Made by a program: the position numbers and the translations under genes. Under the pieces are notes generated by a model. The model was given only the letters and a program-made list of their open reading frames with translations, was not told the DNA's origin and made no database searches. From the NCBI RefSeq assembly GCF_009834535.1, contig NC_045697.1, positions 79,300,001 to 79,364,000 on the forward strand: 64,000 nt of DNA, given 5' to 3'. Within the stretch, counting starts at the first letter, position 1. Every line of letters starts with the position of its first letter. Below are positions 27,365 through 37,940 of the stretch, piece after piece. This DNA is from Camelus ferus (taxonomy: Eukaryota).

Positions 27365-27775
27365 TAATAGGTTAGATTTCTATTGTCAACCTACCATTCA
27401 CCTACCTCCACCACCATTCTGATAAAATTCAATAAACTCAGTTATCAGCCTCCTTCATCTATTTCATCTGCTTCACCTACTTGTAAGATAAGTAAGAAAT
27501 GCGACCCTCTGTACCCTGTATGCATCAACTGGAATCTCCAAGTCACACTGGTATCTGGTCCCATATGATCAGGTTAGCATTTTTAATATCCTTTTCCCTT
27601 GTTTTGTCTTTGTACTTTCAAAGAGGGAGAAAAGAGCCTAAAGTTCATATCTAATACAAGTTATTCCCTCAACATGATGCATAAATCCCATTTTATACCT
27701 GTTGATCCCCCTTGCAATCAAGTGATAACTAAGCCATAGCTTAAACACCTTCAGAGAGAAAAAAATGATTATTGT

Positions 27776-27866
27776 CTTTTTTTTTTAATGGAGGTACTGG
27801 CGATTGAACCTGGGACTTTATGCATGCTAAACATGTGCTCTACCACTGAGCTATACTCACCCCCTC
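27776..27866 (-). mobile_element. tRNA-derived SINE (Vic-1-like, camelid)
   Basis: Reverse complement gives GGGGGTGAGTATAGCTCAGTGGTAGAG (A box) ... GGTTCAATC (B box) and an A-tail. Confidence 0.85.
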
Positions 27867-28650
27867 TCTTCTTACTTTCAAATAATTCTAATGGTTAGGA
27901 AGTTCTTAAATTTGAGCCAAATCTGTCTTTTTCTAATTTCTACCTATGAATTAACAACTCTGCCTTCTGGGACCATTGAGATCAATCTCTCTTCACTAAT
28001 ATATCTATCTATTTAAATATACAAAGGCAACCATCCCCACTGACTTTTCTCTTCTTTGGATTAAGTTGTTAGCTTAGCTTAGCTCTTAGCTTATTCTGTT
28101 TTTCTACTTTGGCCAGAGGTATTTTTAGATCCATATTTTATTATTTATTTAATAGTAGCTGTCATCTGTTTTGCACTTTCTTTATGTGAAGCACTATGCT
28201 GGGCATTTAACAAACAAACAAACATTAATTCTGACCTTTGAAACAACTCTACAAAGTAGATCACATTGCAGAGAAATGCTTGAGCTGATACGGCAACCCA
28301 GAGCCTCGGTCCGTGATCCAGCTACATGCCCTAATAAGCCAGCCCCTAGGGAAGGTCACTTCATGGCCTGACTTTTATGTGCACATTTTAATAAAAGAAT
28401 AATAGAAATTTTAAGTTCTATTATATGCCAGATACATGTTAATGACTTTACATGTATTGTCTCGTTTAATCTTTTTAACAGTCCTGTAAGGTAGCTATCA
28501 CTACACCCTCTTTACAAATAAGGAAACCAAAGTCTGGAGGAGTAACAAAGCTCCTAAATGGCAAAGCCTGCGTTCAAAGCGAGATCTACTGACCTCAAAG
28601 CCCGTGGCCTTCACCGTTATGTTATACTGCTTCCTGTTTCTATTTTTCAG

Positions 28651-28837
28651 ATTTTAGAGGGCAAAACAATAAAAGGATGTATCAGTGTGGAACCTTACAT
28701 ACTGGGAGAATTTGTGAAATTATCAAATAACACGAAAGTGGTGAAAACAGAATTCAAAGCCACAGAATATGGCTTGGCTTATGGCCATTTTTCTTATGAG
28801 TTTTCTAATCATAAAGATGTTGTGGTTGACTTGCAAG
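28651..28837 (+). CDS. ALPK1: ALPK1 coding exon (exon 14 equivalent), alpha-kinase domain
   Basis: tttttcag|ATT ... CAAG|gtatgt; 187 nt; [62 protein letters not shown], with alpha-kinase HF and VDLQG motifs. Confidence 0.97.
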
Positions 28838-29419
28838 GTATGTGAAACTGGGAATTTTTTTATTTTTTACTATTATTTATATGTAAATGTGAGGTTTTGT
28901 AACTAGCTGTGCTGATCATTATTTAATAGATTGTTTGGTGTGTAGGCTACTACTTGGAACTAAATTAATTGATTTTCCTGTATACAGCAAAAGATGACCC
29001 CCCCCACCCCCAATTTTACAACTTCTACAGGTGGCTAAGGTATCCAGCAATCAGGAGAAGATCTGGCTCATATTCTGCTGGGCTTCATTCTAGAGCAAAT
29101 CCATAACAGCTTTTTAAAATTTCACTGAAGTGGTTTTGAGTGATGCAGGTTTCTTTTGAGTGATTGCATGTTTAAATGTGTCAGAATGTTTCCACACTTT
29201 CTTTCCTCCAGCCCTTTCCCTTTATTACGGGTGTGATGATTGGGTTTCATAATTGGGATCATTATGGAACAGAAAGCTGTGTGTGCTGGAATCTGACTTC
29301 CTTTAAAATCTACATTAACATTTTAATCTTGTTTTAGTTTGTTATTTTATTTGTCAGAATTATTAGCCATTATCCTATACTTTATTTAAATAATAAATGA
29401 GTTTTATTATAATTGTTTC

Positions 29420-29680
29420 TAGTAATGACTCTGTGACCATCCTCCAAGATCTTTTGTATCTCCCTTCCATAGCATTTACCATCACTCTCCGTCATATTAC
29501 ATATTCTGCTTACCTGTGTTGTCTGTCTGTCCCTCTTCATGAGAACGTTACATCAATGAGGACAGAGTTTTTTTTACTAACTTGTTCACTGCTGTATCTC
29601 CAGTGACCAAAACAGTGTTTTGTACAGTATATACGCCCAATAAATATTTGTTAAATGAACAGAGGAATATATGAATTAAT
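29420..29680. mobile_element. L2 LINE 3' fragment
   Basis: 'ttgttcactgctgtatctccagtgacc...caataaatatttgttaaatgaa'. Confidence 0.7.
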
Positions 29681-30023
29681 GAGTAAGGCATTAAAGAAAC
29701 TTCTGAATTAGGAAAGAAATATTCAATATTGTGATTTAATAATTTCACTAAGTGAATGTTACTGCTCTCTAATACCTGAAAATTGGTGGTCTGGGTACGT
29801 CGTATTTGACAAATTTAATTACCCGATATTCAGTTCTTCTTCTTAAACCAGTCGTTGGAATATGCAACACCAAATCCCTTAATAGAAATTTATCAATCAT
29901 AAACCACAGGATGACGAAGTTTTTCAAGTGTCTATTTAAATGTATATATTGTATTTTCTTCTGAAACACTTTGTTGACATTCATAGAGGATCTACTTCTC
30001 AGACATATGTATTTCTCTTTCAG

Positions 30024-30223
30024 GTTGGGTGACAGGTAATGGAAAAGGGCTCATCTACCTCACAGACCCCCAGATTCACTCTGTTGATCAGAAAGATGTC
30101 ACTACCAACTTTGGAAAGAGAGGAATTTTTTACTTCTTTAATAACCAGCATGTGGAATGTAATGAAATATGCCATCGTCTTTCTTTGACAAGGCCTTCAA
30201 CTGAGAAACCAAATAATTCGTAG
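30024..30223 (+). CDS. ALPK1: ALPK1 last coding exon (exon 15 equivalent, read through to TAG)
   Basis: ctttcag|GT; (G)[65 protein letters not shown]; alpha-kinase LTDPQIH, NxGxxG and H..C..IC Zn motifs. Confidence 0.93.
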
Positions 30224-30541
30224 ACTCTCTGGAGTGGTAATGACCACTTAGTGCTGCTGACCAGTGCCGGCTCTCCTCTCCTTCCAGGCACACAGATTAT
30301 GGCACAGCCTGGTCCCTTTGGGTTTAGGTCGGTCCATGGGGCTGGCCTATGGCTTGTGAGAGGAATTGATGAGGATCTCTTTCAGGCCCATATTGAATTG
30401 CCAGTGCACCCTGCAGAGTCTCTTTCCCTGTGCCGCAATTACCAAGAATACGCCAGGAGACAGCTGCTCATCAGCATAAGTCCTACAATGAGGAAAGCAT
30501 GGGAAAGAGACCCAACTGACGGACACAGAGCGCGTATGAGA

Positions 30542-30547
30542 AATAAA
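30542..30547 (+). terminator. Candidate ALPK1 polyadenylation signal AATAAA
   Basis: First AATAAA seen after the stop (~320 nt downstream), followed by T-rich sequence; lies in an MLT1-like LTR remnant. Confidence 0.45.
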
Positions 30548-31276
30548 CTTTTCTGGCTTAAGCCATCGAGATTTTGGAGCTTTTTGTCACTATCTGTCAA
30601 GACTGATAACTACTGGTGGTTTTCTTACTGATTTAGGAGTTGTTTGTATATATTAAAGAATTCAGGCCTTTGTGATATGAATTCCAGGGTTTTTTTTTTT
30701 GTCTTTTGACCTTTGCCTTTGTATGAAACTTTTTCCCATGCAGAATTTGTTTTATTTGGTTGAATTCATCAGTCTTTTATGACTTCTAGGTTGTATGTTG
30801 TATGTAGACCTTCCCTACTCTGGGTGTCTTTATTATTAATCCTCCCATATTTTCTTCTAGTGCATTTACAGTTGTGAGAAGTATGAGGGAAGAATGGTGT
30901 ATTTTGATGGCCACCACAGTCCGCCCTTGCACAACACAGATCTGCTGCTTCACATGGGTTTGGGAGCAGCTCCTCCACGATCTCGCTGAAAGAAGTTTAC
31001 AAAAAGGAGATTGGTGAGCTATTCCTATACTGCAGTTAGTCTTTGGGGCTACAACTGATACACACACTCTCTCTCCTCCACTATTCATTCTAAATTTCCC
31101 TTACCCTTAACTATCACCTCAGCAAGTGTCAGTGCCTTACCTAGTGGTGTGACTCAGACCTACATACATGAAGGCTCTGAATTCTAGATAGTTATAACTT
31201 TCTCAGTTTGAGGTCACTGCTCATGTCTGTTCACAGCTGCAAACGGAGCACAGGAGAACCATTCAGATCTCCTGCT

Positions 31277-31817
31277 ATTGGGAGTATAGTTAACTGACAC
31301 CCCCAGCTTGCACCCCTCTGGGTCCACCACTGTGTTCACAGCAAAGTCATGCTCCCCCGGGGTGCTCAGCTAATGACTCAGTAAGGCAAGGATGCAGGCT
31401 CAAAATACCTCTAATAGAGGGGGCAGGGTATAGCTCAGTGGTAGAGTGCCTGCTTGGCATGCACGAGGTCCTAGGTTCAATCCCTGGTACCTCCACTAAG
31501 AAATAATAAAATAAATAAACCTAATTACCTCTCCCTCACAAAAAAATTTTTTAAAAATACTTCTAACAGGTGACTGTGCACAAAATCTTCCCACTGGGCT
31601 GACCAGAAACTTCTTGGAACTCTGCGATAGTCTGTGCTGAGACTCTTCCTGCCCAGTCCTCCTCTGTTTGCCTCTGTGTTCACAGTGTCTGACTTCCATC
31701 ATGGTCTCCCTGCATACTGCTGTTCCCTCCCATTTTACCCTTGACAGGCATTTCTCCCCATAGATGTATGTGTCTGTTCTTTTCTTGGCATTTGCTTCTT
31801 GAGGAACCCAAACTAAA
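31277..31817 (+). mobile_element. LTR16-like ERVL LTR interrupted by a SINE
   Basis: End motif 'cttggcatttgcttcttgaggaacccaaactaa'. Confidence 0.55.
31419..31553 (+). mobile_element. tRNA-derived SINE (Vic-1-like) with 16-bp TSD
   Basis: ggggcagggtatagctcagtggtagag...ggttcaatccctgg; TSD aaaatacctctaatag (31402-31417) / aaaatacttctaacag (31554-31569). Confidence 0.9.
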
Positions 31818-32129
31818 GTTTATTAAAGAAATTTTAAAAATTCATCCTATTAACAAAATAAAGGAGGAAAATTGTATTATAATCTCAAAGATGTAGAAAA
31901 ATCATTTAATAACACTGAAAATCAACTTATGGTTAAAAAAACTCTTTGCAAACTAGGCATAAAAGAAAACTCTCTGAATCTGATAAAGGATATTTTAACT
32001 TTTTTAAGCAGCAAAATTATAATTAATAGTGAAGCAGTTAAAATTTTCCATTTGAGAAAGAGAACAAGCAAATTTGCTCACTACCCAAACCCCGTCCAAC
32101 ATTTGGGGGGGGGGTGTATATATATATAT

Positions 32130-32945
32130 ATCTGCCCCTGGTTCCTGGCAGAGAGCTCCTAAATCCCTTGGAATTTTCTGGTGATAGGAGTGTGTCTTGT
32201 TCTAATGAGATGACTCTTGGTGAGCTCCTGGAGAGCTTCAGAATGAGGACTGATCACCAGAAAAACCAAGCCATGATTAGAAGCTTGGAAATTTTACCCC
32301 CACTCCCCATCCTCTGGGAAGGGAAGAGGGGCTGGAGATTGAGTTAATGATTGAGAATGCCTACATGATGAAGCCTCCATAAAAATCCCATAAGTACAAA
32401 GCTCGGAGAACGTCTAGGTTGCTGAACACATGGAGGTACGGGAGGGTCATCCTCCAAAAGAGGGCATGGAAGCTCTGTGTCAGCACTTCTTCCCCTCCAC
32501 TGCCCTGTCCCTTGCCCTGTGCATCTCTTCTATCTGAATGTTCATCTATTAGCCTTCATCAAATCCTCTTATAATAAACTGAGATACATAAGTGTTTCCC
32601 TCAGTTCTGTGAGCCAATCTAGAATAGTATGTAGCCCTAGAAGTGGATCATGGGAATGCTAATTTGTAGCCATTCAGTCTGAAGTACAGGTAACAACTTG
32701 GGACTTGGAATTGGCATCTGCAGTAAAGGCAGGCTTGTGAGACTGGGCCCCTAATCTGTGGGATCCGATACTAACTGCAGGTAGTGTCAGAACTGAGTTG
32801 AATTATCGGACATCCAGCTGGTGTCAGAGAATTGGTTGGTGTGGGAAAAAATGACACATCTGGAGTCAGAAATGTGAGTGTGGTAGTAGTGTATATGAAT
32901 AAAAGGGGAACATGAAGAGGTTTTTGTTCTGTTTTGTTTTTACCC
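32130..32945 (+). mobile_element. MER21-like ERVL LTR
   Basis: 'ctgcccctggttcctggcagagagctcctaaatcccttggaattt...aaaaccaagccatgattagaagcttggaa'. Confidence 0.75.
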
Positions 32946-33638
32946 TATAGACTATTATAGAAGAATTCTAGTTAGTAAACATAGAAGGAATGATAGAATT
33001 AGGAAATTATCATATTGTATCCTTGGATGAATTAATGGCCCTAGGTAAAAATCACTGATAGCTGCTGAAACTATTAGGAGAATAGTTGATGGCGAACTTT
33101 ATGTTAGAGGAATCAAGACAATGCTACCTACACCTCAATCATCAGTAAAAGTGGGGCTATAAATCAATAATAAAATAACATTTGGGGGACAATTAGGGAT
33201 TTTTAATGTGTACTGAGTGTTAGATAAAACTAACAAAGTGATGTCTTTAAAAAATACTAAAATCAAAAAAAGTGGAGGAAGAAGTGAAAGAAGCTTGGCT
33301 CTTTCTTGATAGTGTTGAAGTTTGGAGGTGGGTACATAGGGATCCGTTATACTTAGTCTTTCCTCTTTTGTATATACTTTTAAATCTCCATAAAAAAATT
33401 TTTAAATGTAAGGTCATATAAAGGAAAAAATGCCAAGAAAAATCCTAGATGAAAACCAAGATTTATATCAAACAAATCAGAAATGAATATAAGGAGTGTT
33501 CCACAATGTAAAATCCTGCAGAAAAACCAAGAAGAAATAGAATTATGTATTGGGTGAGGGACTGAGGACAGTGAAAAGAGATTGCTGGCAGCACAAAGAG
33601 CCGTTAACAGACAGAGTGACCTTTGGGATGTTGTAGAA

Positions 33639-33861
33639 TAGGGCCCAGCAAACTATGGCCTGTGGGTCAAATCCTGCTGCCGTCTGTTTTTGTAAATAAA
33701 GTTTCACTGCAGCACAGCCACGCTCATTCAGTTAGGTACTGTCTTTGGCTGATTTTGTATTACAATGGCACAGCTGAACCGTTGTGTCCGAGACTGTATG
33801 TCCCACAAAGTCAAGAATATTTCCTATATGGCCCCTTACAAAAAATGTTTGTCAACCCTTC
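33639..33861. mobile_element. MER58A-like hAT DNA transposon with 8-bp TSD
   Basis: 'cagcaaactatggcctgtgggtcaaatc...tttgtaaataaagtttcactg...tggccccttacaaaaaatgtttgtcaaccc'; ttgtagaa at 33631-33638 and 33862-33869. Confidence 0.9.
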
Positions 33862-34955
33862 TTGTAGAAGATGAAATCAGAAAGAAAAAAAAAAGGTCAG
33901 GATGTTTACATACTTTGTTACATATGGTTTTTGGTGACACATTACAAAGAAATATGGATATCTCTACTTAAAAAGTAACAATGGGTGAAGAAACTGGAAA
34001 TTGGAGGTAATAGAAAAAGAAGTTATTAGAGACTGTATGTCAGAGCACACTTTTCTCTGTGAAGTCAAAAGGCTAGGCTACTTGCTAAGTGAGATGAGAC
34101 TAACAAAGCCAGGAATTTGAAAGGAATAAAGGTTTTGAAACAATGCATATCTCTGTATTATAAAAGGCAGAAATAGAACTATTGAGAGGAATTTCCAGAA
34201 AAATCACATTTTTAAAATCTTTTAAAATTGTTATGTATTTACACCAACACACATAGATCTGGCTTAAGAAATTAAATGTAATACTACTGTTGAATCCTTC
34301 AATAGATCCTTCCCTGACCCCTACCTCCTCCTCCATCCAAGAGGCAATCACTGCCCAGAAATTGTTGGTTGTCATTCCCCTTAATGTTGTTACACATTTA
34401 CTTTTATATAATTATAAAATTAATTATACATTAATATTTTATATAAAAGTAACAATAAATATCCAGTATTAGTTCTTTAAATACTTTAAAACTTTGTATA
34501 AATACAAAAAAAAAAAAAAAGTCCAGCTGGGTTTAAAAAGAGCCAAGCAGACTTTCTCAATAATGAAAAATAGTCACTGATATTTATAATTTAATAGAAA
34601 GGTTAAACAGCTGATTAGGCATAGTTCAAGAAAGGGTTATTAAAATGGAAGGGAAATGTGAAGAAATTAACCAAAATGCAGCAGAAAGATAAAGGGATAG
34701 AAAATATAAAAGAGAACACGAGATTAGGAGGAAGGAAGAAGGTCTAGCATCACTGGTGGGGATTCTAGGAGAACAGGAGAGTGAAGGAGAGGAAACCCTC
34801 TCAGTCAAGTGAGGAAAGCAAATCAAGGAGGGCATGATCCCTTGCGTCAAATGCTGACAGGTAGGATGAGGGCCGTGAATTGCACTGCTGAGGTTAGCAG
34901 TGTGAGTTCCCTGCAAATGTAGCTGAGTACTGGGGTGAGGGCTTGAATGGAAACG

Positions 34956-35505
34956 TGTATTCGTTTTCTGTTGCTACCTAACTAGTTGCTACAGGCCTAG
35001 CAGCTCAGAGAGACATGCATTATCCTGTCACACTTTCCCTGGGTCAGAAGTCTGAGTGCAGCTTAGTTGGTCCTCTGCTCAGTGTCTCCCTGGCCTGGAA
35101 TCAAGGTGTTGGCCAGACCGCATTCTCCTCTGGAGGCTTGGCAAGGGAAGGCTGCACTGCCAAGCTCACTAGGTTGTTGTAAAATTCATCTCCTTAACAC
35201 TTCTAGGGTTGAGTTCCTCTTTTTTTTTTTTTTGCAGGCTGAGGTCCACTCTCTGCTCCTGGAGGCCACCTGCTGCTTCTTGCTGTGGGAACCATCTTAC
35301 GGCCCCTCTCTGCCCCTCTCCTTAGCTGAGCCTCTTGAAGACCCGCAGGAGACCATCCTCTCCATTCCAGCAGGTTAAGAGGGAGTTTTATGTAACATAA
35401 CCTAACTCAGAGTCTATTCTAATGAATAAAAGCCACTTAAAACTTAAATCCACTTTCAAGGGGAGGGAATTACACAAGGGTGTGATCCATTGAGGGTTAC
35501 CTTTG
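34956..35505 (-). mobile_element. MLT1-type MaLR LTR
   Basis: 'tgtattcgttttctgttgct...gggtcagaagtctgagtgcagcttagttggtcctctgctcag'. Confidence 0.7.
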
Positions 35506-36066
35506 CATGTATTTACACAAAAGGGTTTAAAAGAGGAGTGAGGAAAAGAATGGGAGGCAGAGTGTTTAGAATACTCTGTGCATTTTGCTGTAATAGGAAA
35601 AATAAAAACTACATGGTGGGTAGTTGGAAGAATTGACATCAAGAGAGATACAGAATTTTTTTATAAGTGGGAGAAATGACAGCATATTGATGAGAGAGTA
35701 ACAGAAGAGATTGAAGAAATGATGATATAGGGGAAACAGTGTGGAGAATTGTTGATGCAGTGCCTTTGAGTAGGTGAGAGGGATGGAATCCAGGATACAG
35801 ATGGAGGGAAAGTAGATGGAGGGAAAGCACGGAGAATTCATCCATGGTAACAGGTGAGATGGCAGAGTCTTGAGTGCAGTGCGCATGGGCACGAGTAGGT
35901 ACGTAGGTAATAATGTGAGGAAATTCTCTGTTGAGTCCTTCAGTCTAGCTCTTCTTGAATTTCTTTCTTTCTCTGTCCCTATGACCAGAACCTTATCTGA
36001 GGTCTGCATGATATCTGACTCCAGTGTTGCCCTACATCTTCCTTCAAGACACTAGTGATCTTTCTT

Positions 36067-36210
36067 TTTTGTTTGTTTTTTTAATTTTTTTTTAATGTGG
36101 GGAAGGTAATTAGGCTTATTTATTTTTTAGAAGAAGTACTAGGTATTGAACCCAGGACCTCATGCGTGCTAAGCATGCACTTTTTACCATTTGAGCTATC
36201 TCCTCCCCCC
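36067..36210 (-). mobile_element. tRNA-derived SINE (Vic-1-like) with 16-bp TSD
   Basis: Antisense A/B boxes; TSD actagtgatctttctt (36051-36066) / actagcgatctttctt (36211-36226). Confidence 0.9.
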
Positions 36211-37431
36211 ACTAGCGATCTTTCTTAAACACAAATTTTATAATATCCTTAACTTGCTTGAAATCCTACCATGAAACACTAACAAACAAGGAGGGAAAAA
36301 ATAAACAAAGGATGTGAATAGTGAATTCACACAAAAAAGGAAATATTTTCACTCATCAAATTGCACATATGTTAAAAGATAATACTTAATTCTGGAAAGG
36401 TTGGAAGAAACTCTCTTATAACTGATGAAGGGAATGTCAATTATGACACCTCTTATGGAAAGGAACTTGACAATATGTAATGTTCATTCTTGGACCCAGT
36501 AATTCTTCTTCTACAAATCTCTAGTGAGGAAATAATTAGAAATGTGAACAAATGTTTATATGCAAGCATGTCTTTCATAACTTTACTTATGATAGTAAAA
36601 AATGAAATAATTTTTCAACAGCACAGAAATAGTTTTATATATTATAATTCATCTATGTGGCTAACTATTCATCCATTTAAATTGTATACTTTCAAAAATA
36701 TTTAGTTATAATTAAAATGCTTAATTTAAATTATAAAATTTAAAGTAAAAAAGCAGTCTATAAAATAGCATTTATAGTATTGATCACAATTTCAGTATAT
36801 ATGTACATGTAAATAGAAAAGGTAATATGTGTATAATATATAAAAATGTTCATTGCATTCTTCTCTGGCTAGTGAATTTGTGGTAGTGAATTTTATTTTC
36901 TTCTTTATCATCTATATTTTCCAAGTTTCTTGCAATAAGCATGTATTACTTATACCAAAAAATAGTATTGAATAAGGAATTCAAATGATTCTCTTTTCCA
37001 ATAGAAAGTCCACATTATTGGGTGAGCACACAGGGCTTTCTCCTTTTGCCCATCAGTACTCCCAGTCTTGTAACAGACTCTCTAGGAACTCGGAACTGCT
37101 CATAGTGTTGGTTTGCAGTCCACTCTGCCTCCTCCCACCCTGGAACAAAGATGCTTTGTCTCTTGGTGAGTGTTTTCCTGCATCTCTTTTACCTACAGGA
37201 ACAGTTACCTCCTGTGTCTTCTCATCCTTGAAGACTCACCTCAACCAACACCTTCTTCAGAAAATCCTCGCTGGTGTCCTTCCTTCTCATTCTCTCCTCC
37301 ACAGCCTAGGTAAGTTACCCTTCCTTTGTCTCCTCAGGTGACTGAGCAGCTATCCCTGCGTGGACATCGTGGAGGCTAAGATACTCTTGTGTCGTATTAT
37401 CTACCCTAGAGGTGAATCACAATTATCTGCT

Positions 37432-37940
37432 GTATTATTTATGTATTGCCGTGTGACAAATTACCCCAAAACTTAGAGGCTGGGAACATTTATCTATCAT
37501 CTTGAAGTTACTAGAGATCAGAAACTGGGGAGTGACTTTGCTGGGTAGTGCTGACTCAGAATCTCTCTTGAGGTTGCTGCCGGAAAGTCAGTGCGATGCC
37601 ATCAACTGAAAGCTTAACAAGGACTGGAGGGTCTGCTTCCAAGCTTTCTCACGCGGCTGTGGGCAGGAGGCCTCATCTTTGATGGCTGTCGGACAGAGGC
37701 CTCAGTTCTTCCCCAGGTGGGCCTGTCCGTATGACAGCACCGTGGCTAGCTTCAACCAGATGAAGAACCCAAGGACGAGAGACGTAGAAGTCACAGTGTC
37801 TTCTGAACCTGGCTTCAGAAGTGACACACCACTGCTTCTGTTAGTCACACAGACCAACCCTGGGACCGAGTGGGAGGAGATCAAAAGGGCATGAATATCA
37901 AGAGTCAGGGTCATTAGAGGCCATCTTGGAGGTGACTCTG
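37432..37940 (-). mobile_element. MLT1F-like MaLR LTR
   Basis: 'gtgtgacaaattaccccaaaacttagaggct...ttagtcacacagaccaaccctgg...ggccatcttggagg'. Confidence 0.75.

Noticed and set aside
30251..30631. 126-aa ORF after the ALPK1 stop
   Set aside because: No usable in-frame donor before the stop, runs into LTR-derived sequence, no homology.
31419..31495. tRNA-like sequence with A and B boxes
   Set aside because: Has an A-rich tail, TSDs and diverged copies elsewhere in the window, so it is a SINE rather than a tRNA gene.
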